From positions 46,502,001 through 46,566,000 of the forward strand of contig NC_045707.1 of assembly GCF_009834535.1 (NCBI RefSeq): a stretch of 64,000 bases of DNA. The letters are read 5' to 3'. The notes under the pieces are model-generated. The model had not been told where the DNA came from. It worked only from the letters and a program-made list of their open reading frames with translations, and made no database searches. A program made the translations under genes and the position numbers. Source of the DNA: Camelus ferus (taxonomy: Eukaryota). Of the stretch, positions 38,831 to 51,654 are shown in pieces. Every line of letters begins with the position of its first letter. Positions within the stretch are counted from its first letter, which is position 1.

Positions 38831-41222
38831 TCTGCCAATTACAAGCCAGTAACAATGGGCACATCACATGCCCTCTCTGTGTCTTAGGTTTTCCAGCTAC
38901 AGAAATGCAGATAATAATGGTTTCTCTCTCATGGCGTTGTTACTAAAATGTACATCTATTTAAAAATGTACATTTATAAAAAGGTATGTCATGGAGTTGT
39001 CCCCAAAACGTACATTTAACTGAGGCTTCCAATAAGGCCTCAATAAATATTAGTAGTTGTTATTATATGTATTACACAGGAAAGTGAAACAGAATTTAGG
39101 CAAAAATTTGCCTGATATAAGATAAACACACACGAAATGGTAATGATGTGACAGAGGCCAGAGCGGTAAAGTTAACCAGACTGCCCAGTGCATCACTCAC
39201 ACGCACCAGGGCAACAGTCAGCCTGCCTTTTCCATGTGAGGAAGCAGACACAGCTCATACTTCTTGGAAGATTCTTAATCACAAGCTTTCTTCTTCCCAA
39301 GACTAAAGGGTTCTTTGGGGTCTCCCCACACCTTGAGCACCAGCTATGAGAGCACTTTCCACAGCGTATTGAAATTATTTGTTTGGTGCCTTCTTCCAAC
39401 ACTAACCTATGAGCTTCTCTGGGGCAAAGCCTCATTCATTTTTGTCTCCCCAGGGCCTAGGTACCAGGCCTGGCTCATGGCTGGTATTCAACAAGCATTA
39501 GCTGAACTGGATGAAGAATTAAATTTTCAAGTGACTAAATTCTTGTCTATGTCTCCATGATACCAGCGTAAGTTGTTTCACTGATTTTTGTTCACGGGGC
39601 TGGCTAGTTTAACTGGCATGGTGGAAAATCAGCCTTTGTCTTGAAACCTGGAGCTATTTCGCACACATAAAACACATCTGCAGACTGAAACACTCACACA
39701 AAAGGGATTTGTAGCCTTCATTGCAAGTGGTTCTTTTGTGGGTGGTGAGTGCAGCAAAAGTCAGTGTTTTAATTTCCAAATGCAAACACAACCGAAGAAT
39801 TTAAGGGAGGCATTTTCAAAAACAGGTAGCATGGAAATAAAGATGAGGAAAGGACACCTCTTGAGTCATAAAGATCTGGGTTCCAAGCTGCTCTCTCTCT
39901 CTCATATTCTCTGTGTAACCTGGGGCACATTCCTTAGCCTCTTAGGACCCCAGTTTCCCCACCACTAAGCAGGTGGCAGTGATAACAACCCCATCTTCAT
40001 GAGAGCAATACTGAATCCCATGCAGGGCATTTCAGAAATGGTCACTCCAACAAGCAGTCAAATGTTACAAAACGTTACAAGAGCAAAACCACTAAAGATT
40101 GGCAGGAGGACTTCCAAGGAAGATCTGAACATCACATTTGAATGTGGAGGAGTTGCTGGGAACAGGACAAGTACCAGGTCACCAAGACAAGTGAAAACAA
40201 TTGAGTTTTTAAAAAGCCAATCGATACATACTTATGAAATTCAAAGTGCCTGCTGCCTGAGGTAAGGTCATTAAAAAAAAAGATCCATTCCATTAAAACA
40301 TGTATTTACTAAAAGGGGTGTTCCTAATGGTACCTGTTCGAGTCAGGCAGCACCAATTAAAGAGATGTGAAGGTAAGTAGTTTGGAGGCTGAGGTTTGAG
40401 GACCTTAGTTTCCAGCTCAACCAAACAAAACTGGCTTCTGGGTCCAGGGAGCATTCTCCCTGGGCCAGCCACTGACCACTGTCGGGGTGCCTTCATAGTT
40501 TCAACCCCTCTCCACCTGCTGCTCTGAAATAAGTAGGATTTATTCACAGCTCCTCTAACAGCTGACAAAAATAATGAAGAAGCCAGGGGACTCAGGTCCA
40601 CCCAAGACCCTGCTCCAGTGTGAGAAGGCCCAAATCTCTTCCAGCAGCCTTGGTAACCCAGATGCATGGGTACAGCCTCCGCCAGGGAAATTCAGTGATG
40701 CCCCAAGGCCCAAACAACATATTCCTCTTTGCTCCCCATTGCTTCCACCCCACAGACACTTGTCCTACTTGCTTCTACACAATTAGTCGGCACAATGGGG
40801 TCCTTGCACAAGAAGGAGAGGCCACCCGTAGTCCCATTATTGTCATCATCACTGCCATTAGAGCCGCACTGGACCATGAAGAAGCAACACTGCACAGACT
40901 CCAGGCACAAGGACATATCCCAGACTGGAAGGAAAGGAGGGACAGATGTAGAATTAGGACTGTCTTCCATTTCAAACCACCCTCCTGGCCATTCAGCTAG
41001 ATGAGGCCATAACCTCCAAAGGGGGGCACCCCCAAAGCAGAGTGTGCTCCTTTGGGCTTTGGCTCAGATTCCCCTTTCTCAGTGAGGGCTTCCAGGACCC
41101 GCTGGTTGAACCCCTGCTGCCAGCAAGCAACCCTCCTCCTCTGCTTTATTTTTCCTCCTAAGAGTGACTAGATTTGACACACTATTTTCTTACCTATTTT
41201 CACACTGTCCATCTTCCCTCAC

Positions 41223-41628
41223 TTAGTGGACTAAATAATGTCCCCTTCCCCCAATTCATGTCCACCCAGAACCTCAGAATGTGATCATATTTGGAAATAG
41301 GGTCTTTGCCAATATAATTAGTTCAGGATCTCGAAATGAAATCATCCTGGATTTAAGGTGTTCAATGACTGGACAAAGAGGAAAAGGCCACATAAAGATG
41401 GGAGGCAGAGACTAGAGTGATGCTGCCACAAGCCAAGAAACACTAGGAGCCACAAAAAGCTGGAAGAGGAGAGGAAGGATTTTCCCCTCGAGCCTTCAGA
41501 GGGAGCATGGCCCTCCTGACACCTTAAGGTAGGGTTTCTAGCCTGCGGAACTGAGTAAGAATACATTTGCATTGTTTTCAGCCACCGAGTTTACAGCTGC
41601 TTGTTACGGCAGGTCCAGGAAATATACA
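41223..41628 (+). mobile_element. MaLR solo LTR (MLT1C-like) inserted in an L2 3' end
   Basis: 'cagaacctcagaatgtgatcatatttggaaatagggtctttgc...agctggaagagg..aggaaggattttccc.tcgagccttcagagggagcatggccct'; cctcac duplicated on both sides; L2 resumes 41629-41750. Confidence 0.88.
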
Positions 41629-41995
41629 CCTCACTAGAAGGACCTTCATGAGGGCAAAGATTTGGGGCTGTGCTGTTCACTGCTAGAGAATCCTGGGGTT
41701 TAGAACAGTGTCCGGCACACCCTAGGTGCTCAATAAACATCTGTTAAATGATGTGTCAAAGTGGAAGGGTTTCTATAAATCAAGTTGGCCCTAAATTCCA
41801 TCACCTTTCTTATATATAACCAGTCATCCCTGAAGGGTCCATCTGGACCAGGTGCTCCCCTCTCCTCCCACCACGAGGGATGATGTCTCTTTTTTTTGCT
41901 TCTCTTCCCTTTCACTACAACGTTCGGTAAAGGTACTGGCTTGGGAGTCAGAGCTAAGCCTAGATCTGAATCATGACTCTACCACTTGTGCAGCT

Positions 41996-42501
41996 TGTAG
42001 TAAGCAGATTAATGGTCCCCCCAAAGATATCCATGCCCTAACTCTGAGACTTGGGAATATGTTATCTTATATGGTGTGAAGGACTTTGCAGATGTGATTA
42101 AAGATCTCCAAATGGAGAGATTATCTTGGATTCTCTGTGTGGGTCCAAAGTAATCACAAGGATCCCCACAAGAGGAGGCAGGAAGGTCACAGTCAGAGAC
42201 AGAGACGTGATGCCAGAAACAGAATTCCGAGCCAGAAAGATCAAGATGTTACACTGCTGGCTTTGAACACGCAAGAAGAGGCCACAAGCCAAGGAATGCA
42301 GGCTACCTCCAAAAACTAGAAAAGACAAGGAAACGGATTCTCCCTGGAGCCTCTAGAAGGAACATATCCCTTCCTACACCCTGGTTTTAGCTCAGTGAAA
42401 CCCACTGCAGACTTCTGACCTCTAGAACTGTAGGATAATGAATGCTGTTTTAAGCCACCAAAGTTGTTGTAATTTGCTACTAAGTAGGAAGTGAATATAC
42501 A
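41996..42501 (+). mobile_element. MaLR solo LTR (MLT1D-like)
   Basis: 'ccccaaagatatccatgccctaa...ggactttgcagatgtgattaa...gagattatcttggatt...ggaaacggattctccctggagcctctagaagg...ttctgacctctagaactgtaggataat'. Confidence 0.88.
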
Positions 42502-42541
42502 AACCTAAGGTTGTTTTCTCACCTCAAAAGTAGGTATTGCT

Positions 42542-42634
42542 GGGGTGTGGGTATAGTCAGTGGTAGAGCACATGCTTAGCGTGTAAGAGGTCCTAGCTTC
42601 AATCCCCAGTATCTCTATTTAAAAAAATAATAAA
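42542..42634 (+). mobile_element. tRNA-Ala-derived short SINE (camelid vic-1-like), more diverged copy
   Basis: ggggtgtgggtatagtcagtggtagagcacatgcttagcgtgtaagaggtcctagcttcaatccccagtatctc plus A-rich tail. Confidence 0.8.
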
Positions 42635-44094
42635 CGGAACACACAGGGGCATGGCATCTGATGTGTGATACACAAATTCTCCAGACAAGTGGACCCTGTC
42701 TCTTGGCTGGCCCTGGGCACCAGGCAGGCTTCCTGCGGAAGGGGCACTATAACTGTGTTCTGAAGGATAGGTAGGCACATCCTGATGGATTTATCTCCTG
42801 AAAAGCCCTCAGTGGCCTTCTTTGCTGCACACTGCCCACCTCTCATGACGGCAGACTGAACCACAGTAACTTAGGTCTCAGAAGAATGTGGCTATGGTTA
42901 CTATGTACCATGGGTTGTCTTGGTCAAGTTTTCAGACAGTAACAGCCAGTAGGCCTTAGGGTTGATGACTGGCCCTGGCAAGGCTTGCAGAAGGACTGTC
43001 TCTTGGGAGAGAGATGGAAGGCAGACCTCAAGACAGGAGAACAATGCAAGAACTGGGTGTGTCTGTAAGCAAATCATTTAATTTGGGGGCACTGGGGATG
43101 AATGTTTAGCAGTTAGATTTCAGTTTTTCTCTCCAGTGTTCAAACCCCCTTCTGTTACCCCCGACCCTTTCAGAAAGTCTGTTGTTAGACCAAATTGAGA
43201 GATGATCTCGTTCGCAGTGTCATGTGTAGAACAGCCTACTAGCAGATGAAGACCTAAAAACTGCTACCAGGAGCTATCTGAAAGTCTCCCAACTGTCAAT
43301 GTGGAAGAAACATCTAGAAGAATATGAGCCAATGTTAAATTTATACAAATAATCAAGGGGAGTCTACAGATACCTTATAATTAGTATGTCTGGGGGCTTT
43401 GTCCCCACCCTGTACAGATTCTGGGTAGGGTGGAGCATTCCAGGATGGTACAATACAGATGAGTGTGGCCTTCCCATTTTCTGAAGAGGACCCCGCCCTG
43501 GTTCCATTACGTGACTGGGACCAAGCCAAGTGGAGCCCTTGAGGTGGTGCTGGGATGGGTGGGAAGGTATGTGAAATTTGGAGAAACAGCTGCTAAGTTG
43601 ATGATGCCACAAGAAATGTGAGGTAAACTTACTCTTTATAAATTATACTCAAAGACAGTGACCCTAGAGGAGGTAGGAGAGGGAAATGTGGTACAGCTAA
43701 TGCTTGGGTTAATGCAGTTCAACTGCTGCATTGCCATCAGGATCATCTTTCTAAGACACAAATATGATCATGTCAGCCCTCTGCTGAAAACCCCTTAATA
43801 AATTCCCAGCACCAACTAATAAAGTCCAGACTCAGAGCCCTTCCCATCCTGGTCCCTCCCAATGCCTTCCCATCTACTTGCTTCTAGAGCCAGTGCTGGA
43901 GTGATATAATTTAATCTGCTGTTCCCTCTAAAGATCTCTTATTGTACTGGTCCTGCTGCCTGAATTGCCTCCCATCCCCTCCTTGCCTTGGTAAAAGTCT
44001 ACTCAGGCTTCAAGACCTAATTTTAATCTCACTTCCTCTCTGAAGCCTTTCCCAACCTCGGTTACAAACACTGGCTCCCCGTCTGGGCTTCCAC

Positions 44095-44345
44095 CATCAT
44101 AATAGCTGACATTATTTGAGTGCTGACTACAAACAAGCACTGTGCCTAGGACTACATGCACATTATCGGATTTAATTATCTCAGTAACCCTGTAAGGGAG
44201 GTACCGTTACTAACCCAGCTTTATAGAAGAAATCTGGCATAGAGACGTTAAGAAACTTGCAGGTCACACAGAAGCCGGGACTTGATCCCGAGAGTACACT
44301 GACTCGGGGACCTGTACTCCTCCGGCTTTGCTGTACTGCTCCTGC
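44095..44345 (-). mobile_element. MIR SINE
   Basis: 'aatagctgacattatttgagtgctgacta...agcactgtgccta...taaccctgtaagggaggta...ttaagaaacttgcaggtcacacag'. Confidence 0.78.
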
Positions 44346-44729
44346 TGCCAATGTGGAAGTCATTCCCCTGCACTGCTGGGCATCCCAAACAGGCTAGTCC
44401 TCCTACATTCCTGCTCTGCCCCTCTGGTACCCAAGCCAGATACCTGCACTCCTTCCCCTGTAATCACAACAGGAAAGCCCCTGCACTGCTGGGAAAAGAG
44501 TTACAACTCGCTCTGCTGCACCTCTGAGACTCAGCCGGCCATCTCTCGGAAGTCTTTCTCCATCTGACTTGTGTACCCATTCTTTGGGCTCCAAAGGAAC
44601 CGAGTGAATGTTTGGTATCATTTCTTTATATCCTTTGTGAAGATTTAGATCAAAGGAGAAAGAATACATCTTTCAGAAAAACAGTGGCCACCTTGATACT
44701 TATTTTTCATCTTATAGCCCTATTTTTAG

Positions 44730-45290
44730 TGTGTCAGACTCAAGGGGGGATCCAATTAATCACTAAGTCCTGTCAATTCTACCTTCCAAACAGCTCTTAA
44801 ATCCACCTACTTCTTTCCATTGCCACAGTCATCTCTCTAATTCAGTTCCCAGTCTCTTGCTGGTTTACAACCACCTTCCAAGTGACCTGTCAGCTTCCAG
44901 TGGTGTCCTCTCTAGAACCAGATGGCTTGTTCTAAAACACCCAAATGATCTAGTCTGTCTTCTAACTGAAGCCCTGGAAAGGCTTCTCTGAGTCCTTCCA
45001 ACAAAATCCAAATCCTTTAACATGGGTTACAAGACCCATTCTCACCTGCCCCTGCCTACCACACCACCCTCATTAACCAACTGTGCTCAGCTAGACCATA
45101 TACTCCAATCACACTGCCAGTCAGGCCTGGCACAGCAGCCTTTTCCTCCAGCCAGCTCCCCACCTCCTTTCTACCTGTACGACATCTGCTCACACTTCAG
45201 GTTCAGCTTAAATACCCCTTCCTCCGGGAAGCCTTCTCTGACCTTCTAAGTTCCTGTCAGTTCTCATTCATTCATTTTCACTGCGCCTGT
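44730..45290 (+). mobile_element. L2 fragment (3' end resumes at about 46576-46715 after L1 and MLT1 insertions)
   Basis: 'cactaagtcctgtcaattctaccttccaaa','aaaatccaaatcctttaacatgg','ccttcctccgggaagccttctctgacc'. Confidence 0.75.
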
Positions 45291-45292
45291 TA

Positions 45293-46045
45293 GTTTTTTT
45301 TATTAAAGTATAATGGACCTACAGCACTATGTTAATTCCAGGTGCACGATATAGTGATTTGATATTTCTATACATTATAAAACAGTCACCACAAGTCTGG
45401 TTACCATCTGTCACCATACAAAGCTATTACAATATTATTGACTATATTCCCCATGCTGCATATTTCATCCTCATGACTCATTTATTTTGTACTGGAAGTT
45501 TGTACCTCTTAATCTCCCTCACCTATTTCACCCTCCCCCACCCCCGCAACACCCTCCCCTCTGGCAACCACCTGTTTGTTCTCTGTATCTATGACTCTTT
45601 CTGTTTCGTTATTTTTGTTAATCTGTTTTGTTTTTTAGATTCTACATATAAGTGAAATCATTCATTTTGTCTTTGTCTGACTATTTCACTAGCATAATAC
45701 CCTCTAGGTCCATCCATGTTGCTGCAAATGGCAAGATTTCATTTTTTTAAAATGGCTGAGTAGTAGTTCACTGCATCTACACACCACATCTTTATCCATT
45801 CATCTATTGATGGATACTTAGGTTGCTGCAATGAACACAGGGAGACATGGATCTTTTTGAATTAGTGTTTTCATTTTTTTCAGAAAAAGACCCAGGAGTA
45901 GAATTGCTAGATTGCACAGTAGTTCTATTTTTAATTTTTTGAGGAACCTCCAAAATGTTTTCCATAGTGACTGTACCAATTTACATTCCCATCAGTGCAC
46001 AAGGGTTCTTTTCTCCACATCCTCACAAAAACTTGTTATTTGTTG
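45293..46045 (-). mobile_element. L1 3' end (laurasiatherian type), same orientation as PLXNC1
   Basis: 'ttagattctacatataagtgaaatca','tagcataataccctctaggtccatccatgttgctgcaaatggcaagatttc','tttttaattttttgaggaacctcca'; T tract with TTTATT at the left end. Confidence 0.92.
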
Positions 46046-46154
46046 GTAAGATATTTTTTACATGCCCCCGTGGAATCCTCCACTTCCTCTGTGCTGACCC
46101 TTATTACTCTCTATTTGATTATTTAGTAGGTTGGTGGCTCCTTAAATTATTCAG

Positions 46155-46575
46155 GTAGACTGGGTTTTTGTTCCCAATTCTTCAGTCTCTCCTGTTCTAG
46201 AATTACACATCCATATCCTTTGCCATTAGAGGAGGTGGAGTATTTCTCTACCCCACTGATGTTGGCCTTGGCTGTGTGGCTTGCTTGCCAAGAGGGTATC
46301 GGCAAATACGGCTTTGAATGTGCTGCCTAGCTGAGCCTGGGCTCTTGTCCTTCTGCTATCAACCTTGAGAAGCACACATGCAGGACGAGAGACATGTGAA
46401 GCTGTCCTGAGTCAAACTCTCCACCTGCAGCTTGATGAAGTGCCCCCACCGCCTGCACCCTCCCACCCCAGCTGGAGCTGACCCATGAGCAAGAAAAACA
46501 AATTTTTGTTCTGGTAAGCCACTAAGAATGTGTCTGTTAACACACTGTTATTGGAGCAGAAACCTGACTCATACA
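46155..46575 (+). mobile_element. Old MaLR LTR (MLT1I/J-like)
   Basis: 'ccactgatgttggccttggctgtgtggcttgct','aaatttttgttctggtaagccactaag...gcagaaacctgactcataca'. Confidence 0.7.
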
Positions 46576-46859
46576 GTATCTCTATCCCTCACTAGACTGC
46601 AAGTTCCATGTAGGCAAGAAAGAACTGTGTCCCGAACACCTAGCATAGGGTTCGGCACATTGTAGGTGCTCAATAAATACCTGTTGACTGGATGTATGAC
46701 TGAATGAATGAACACTGGCCACTGACACGTCTGTCTCCCTAGCTGACATGGGAATTCCTTAAGTCCAAATATGGCATCTGATTTCTCTCAATATCACCTA
46801 GTCATCTCACTTGCCACATTGGGCTCCTGGTAGATATTCAACAAATATTTGTTGAAATT

Positions 46860-47000
46860 AAATAAACTGAATTTCGTGGGCTGACTTGGGAATCAGTCTT
46901 TAATTTATGACATCGTTTCTATGAGAAAATGCATGCTGAGTGCCAAACTTGCAAATGAACTTTTGGAACCTCACCCGTTCATGGGTTAAGGATTGCCAGT
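46860..47000 (-). mobile_element. Tigger15-like end fragment
   Basis: Reverse complement resembles the 35570-35720 element ('gtgggctgacttgggaa...catcgtttctatgagaaaatgc...aatgaacttttggaac'). Confidence 0.55.
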
Positions 47001-47619
47001 TTTGTGGAAATCCATAACTGAACACATGTGCTATGCTTTGCAATATGGGAGAAACTGAGAAGCTGCATCCAAACCCAAGATATTCAGCCTGCAAAAATTC
47101 ACTTTCCACCCACACAGACAAATTCAGCATAGGTTGGATTCGAGGTTCCAACAATAAAGTACTAGACTTTTTAGCGCTCGTTGTTTATCTAATTGCTTTT
47201 TATCTGCTTATACTGGATGTCTGTTCTTAACATCTGATGAAAAGGAAGTTAAGATCATTTTCTTGCCCTACCCCCCCAACAAATCCACTTTCTGGACACG
47301 TATGCAAGAAAGCTCAATCTTCTCAACAGAAAAAATAAATGATTTTTCTAAATAAATCTGTGACATTTAAAATAAACACAGTGGGATGCTCTACAGTTAT
47401 AAGAAAACATCCCCCTTTAGAATTCCTAATTTTGAATGGTATTGGGACATGAGTCATGGATCTGAGGCTGCTTTATTTCATCTTAGACCAGAACCAAGCC
47501 AGTTTGAAACCAAGTGATCTGATATGGCTGGGAAGGACCATCAGTCCACAAATCGAAATGTTTTATGATACTTAACGCACAAGTCTCAGCCTGCCAGTGG
47601 GAGTTTCCCAATCACTCAA

Positions 47620-48260
47620 TCAACTCCGTTAGTTTAACATGCATTTTTTGAGCACCTACTATGCATTTGGCACTGTTCTAGATTCTGGGGATACAGCAAT
47701 GAACGAGACAAAGTCCCCATGCAACTTACATTGTAATCAAGGGAGAAGCAGAGAAAGAAGATCATTTCAGACAATGATGGGGCCAGGAAGGAAATAAAAC
47801 AATGATGTCATTGTGAGTGAGGCGAGGCTACTTCAGACTGGGTAATCAGAGTTGGGTACCTGATGATCAAGAAAGAGCCAGCCAGGGAAAAATCTGGGGA
47901 AGAATTTTCTAGACTGAGGAAACAGCAAGTGCAAAGTCCCTGAGGCAGGAACAAGTCTGGCATATTCTAAAGTCAGAACGAAAGCCAGCGTGGCTGGGGT
48001 TGAGTGAACGAAGGAGAGAGTGACACGAGAGGTCCAAGAAATAACTAAGGGCTGGATAATGGGATGCCCTGTAGGCAGGCCCTGGGAATACAGAAGTCAG
48101 ACTGAATTCTACCATGGAAGCCAGTGGAGGTTTTGAAACTGGGGAATAAAATTATCTGGTTGTGATTTTTAAAAGACCATTCCTCTTGGAGAGTACTGGG
48201 GCAGCGGTGAGGAAGCAAGAGCAGAGGCAGGGGAAGCAGTGAGTGGCCTTTTTATGAAAG
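47620..48260 (-). mobile_element. L2 LINE 3' portion
   Basis: 'ttgagcacctactatgcatttggcactgttctag..tctggggatacagcaatgaac','aacagcaagtgcaaagtccctgaggcaggaac','gaagccagtggaggttttgaa'. Confidence 0.85.
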
Positions 48261-48379
48261 ACTGGAATTCCTTTATCATAGCCCCTCATCAACAAAAGCC
48301 CTAACGTCCTCCACTTCTGATTGTTCCCTCCACCTCCCTGCTCTTACTGCAACCAGGCTCTTCCCCTGAAGACACTGCT

Positions 48380-50060
48380 TCCCCGCAGCCCATGCAAGGG
48401 CTGGCTACTTCTCTTCCTTCATCAAATGATTCTTCTTCTTTCCTTTCCAAGCCTGCCCTGCCCCACTGCCTCTATCCCAGCTTTGAAGCTCATGCCATCA
48501 GGCCACCAGCCCAGACCCCTCCTTGCTGTGACCATCCACACACCATCCAACATATGTGAACGTCCAGTCTTTTTGTGACTATTTTGTTCCTCACTCTGTC
48601 CAACATTGTTCCCATCATCCTTCTTGGTGACAGCTATCTCCACACAGACAACTAACCTGTCTGATACTCTGACACCTAAGTGCCCTGACCCTCTCCGCCA
48701 ACGGTCTTATCCTGTATCCTACCTCAGCTACACAACCACACCCCGACCTTATTACCAATAACCCCGCCCCCTCCATGACCTTCATTTCAAGCTCCCCATA
48801 GTACAACCACAACCCCTTTTCCAGTTCCCCAGGTCCAGCAAGTCTTAAACCCAAAACAGCCTCCAGGGCATAGATCTGGCTACCTTTTCACATCCTTCAC
48901 TTCTCTCCTTAGAGCTCACTTCCGGCTTAGAGCCCGGGGTCCACTGTCGCAAGTATTCATATCCAAATCATCCACCATCCCTCACAGGCACTCTCGGCCC
49001 CGGGTCCCTCTTCCCCCTCTTGATGTACTTCCTGGCAAAGCCCCAGCTCTGGCTCAGGAAACTCTCCCTACCCTACCTTTACACCCACAGAGCCAAACAT
49101 GCTTGCAAAAGCAAAACCATACGTACGGCTCTCACTTCAAAAGCAAGACCACTGAACTCAAGGGGGCCCTGATGCTCTCTGGCAATCATTCCCCACTTCC
49201 CAGGTCCATTCTCTCTTCTCCTTTATTTCATACCTTCTCGCTTCAAACCTCTAGGGCTTCCTCCCTCACCTCATTCTCAACTCATCCTAAGTTACTGAGA
49301 AGGATATGAGCCCCGTGAAAGGACCCTGCACATTCCTCTACCACCAACTTTTTCTGAGCCCATAGCCTTCACCTTCCCTCCCATGACCAAGGACGACGCG
49401 TCCCCGCTCCTGGCTGAAGCTGCCCCCTACCCCAACCCCCAGCACACGAGATCGTATTTTCTTTCATCCGCTGAAAGAAAACACCTCATAACTCTCTCTC
49501 CTGAATCATCAGTTTCTCCATCTCTTCTGGAATTTTCCCAACAGCAAAAAAAGGCACTATTATTTCATGTATCTTTAATTAAAAAAAAAAAAAAGAAACC
49601 CAAACTCTCTGGACTCCACTTTCTCCTCCAATGTCCAATCCATTTTTCTGTTGTCTTTCTCAGCAAAGTTCCTCTAAGGAGTTGTCTCTGCTCTGTCCTC
49701 GTCTCATTTTCTCTTCCTGCCCTTGTCACAGTCGCCAGTCGTCACTTGCTAAGTCCAGTGGATCTGGACTCTCTTGCCTGACCTCTCAGCACCATCTGGC
49801 ACAAGGAACCACTCCCTTCCTCCTTTTTTCCCACCTTCTTTAGTTTTTTCTGTTCCCTTTCTGGCTGTTCTCTCCCCCTTTCTGTTTCTTCTCCATCTCC
49901 CTGACCCCTAAACACTGCACCACCTCATTGCTCAGTTCTCTAACTTCTTCCCTCCTCAATCTATGCTCCCTCCTTCATCTGATCTTAAGACTTCAGTGCC
50001 ATCTAAACACTACTAACCTCTAACTCATGTCACCAGCTTGGACAACTCCTATGAACGCCA
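48380..50060 (+). mobile_element. Long decayed L2 internal (ORF2-region) fragment
   Basis: C/T-rich with L2 hallmarks 'ctcctccttg...','tctcttgcctgacctctcagcacca','tctccatctccctgacccctaaa','cagtgccatctaaacact...aactcctatgaacgccagacc'. Confidence 0.65.
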
Positions 50061-50727
50061 GACCTGTGTTTGCCAATACAGGAGTCATAGCTGTGGGGGG
50101 CTTAATAATCACCACCACCATCAGTCACTGAATTAACTCCTGCATGGGGTTCTACAAATATAGACAGAGAACCCACCTGAATGGAACAGATCAGAGAGAT
50201 TATGGCAAAACTGCTTAGTGGGTGTGTGACGAAGCAGTGCTTTCACGACCAGTTAATTTCTTAAACTCTAGTCTTGGGCAAGCGACAAGAAGAAAACATT
50301 CCTACCCAATTACAATTATTCATGAGAAGCTTCCTGGCCTGGCTTCTTTTGTCTGCCAGTGATTCTGACGGCAACAGTCCAGTAAGGAAGCTCAGCAAAA
50401 GGCAAGGGCAATTATGCATCTTGCCGCATCTCAGCTTCCAATTTCCTTCGTGAACTCTTAATTAATTACATCCCCATATTTCAGTTTGTGTCCTGAGCCT
50501 CTTGCTTACACTATATCCCCCTCCCTTCGTTGCTCTTGCCTTTCTCCCCCAGAGGCCCCCCAATCCCCTTCCCAGTCTTCTTCCCTTTCCCCAAGCGGCC
50601 TGTTGTTTAGCCTTCAGCTTCTCTGCACCTGCTCTACTCTTTCTTATCCTTTTCCACCTTTAAAAACTGAAACCACCAAACTGACAGACACTGTTATGGT
50701 TTGTTTTTTTTTTTTTTCCTCCTGCCT

Positions 50728-51030
50728 GAGCTGCAGCTCGGGCTCTCTCTTCCTTGCTTCTGTAGCGACAGCCCGAGTACTGGGTTGCCATGGCAACAGC
50801 GAATCCAACCAGGCCGGTCCCAGCGACGCTGGGAGCTGCCATGGCGAGGAAGCAGCTACAAGTCGCCCTGAGCCTAGATGGGTCGTGAACATCATAATTC
50901 AAGCCCAGGCCGGGTAGATTCTGCCCGGAGACTGCGATTGCACATCAGGCCTGTGCACAGCTGTACGGCGCATCAGGAGACCACCTCATCAATAATCAGG
51001 CTTCCGCGAAGCCAGCCGAATACATGACAT
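50728..51030. promoter_or_regulatory. CpG-rich intronic element with a perfect RFX X-box (candidate enhancer or alternative promoter)
   Basis: 18 CpGs counted in about 280 bp; GTTGCCATGGCAAC at 50784-50797; degenerate copies at 50756-50769 and 50835-50848; no repeat recognised. Confidence 0.6.
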
Positions 51031-51418
51031 CATGAGGATTCATTTGAAAATTTTCAAACACCCCTCTTCTTTTATCTCCTCTGAGGGACAACCTTTTGCC
51101 TCTCTCTCCAGTCTTGGAGAACTCCATAGAAAGTAAAAGCAAAATTGACAGCTCCAGCTTATCTCCCTCCTCAGACCCCCCCCGCCTCTCCCCTCATGCT
51201 GGGGACCCCTCAGGGGTCCAGATCAAATGATCCAGTAGCACCGACACGGCTGGGAACATCTCTGAGAATTAATTCGGGTTACACAAAGGTATTTTAGTGG
51301 GTGCAGAGATCGATTCCCCCAGGTCACAGGAACAGACCCTTAAAGTAGGGCAACAAGTGTGCCACCACATGACACTGTTTCGAAACTGCGAGTTGGTGAG
51401 AAAAAACTCAGGAAATAC

Positions 51419-51519
51419 CTTTGCAGTGAATGGCACCAACCGCAGTAAGGGTCTGCCGCTGCTAAACACTCCAAACAGGATTCATGTTTACTGCAGTTGG
51501 CAACACGAATTCTCCTCAC
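51419..51519 (-). CDS. PLXNC1: plexin C1 exon 4 (PSI domain 1), 101 nt, phase 0/2
   Basis: VRRIRVANCSKHESCLECLAAADPYCGWCHSLQ(R), with the PSI CxxC...CGWC motif; tttag|GTG and AG|gtattt. Confidence 0.97.
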
Positions 51520-51654
51520 CTAAAAATAAAGATGACGGCAGTTCAGACGGAATTATAAGCAACACTAGAAAAAACTACAACACCTTACCTGATGAAGGGC
51601 CACAAAGAGACATTTATTAACTCAAACCCTGAACATCCGTGTCATGACATTGGG

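Noticed and set aside
46837..46856. Perfect 20-bp palindrome ttcaacaaatatttgttgaa
   Set aside because: One or two changes from the intrinsically quasi-palindromic L2 3' terminus
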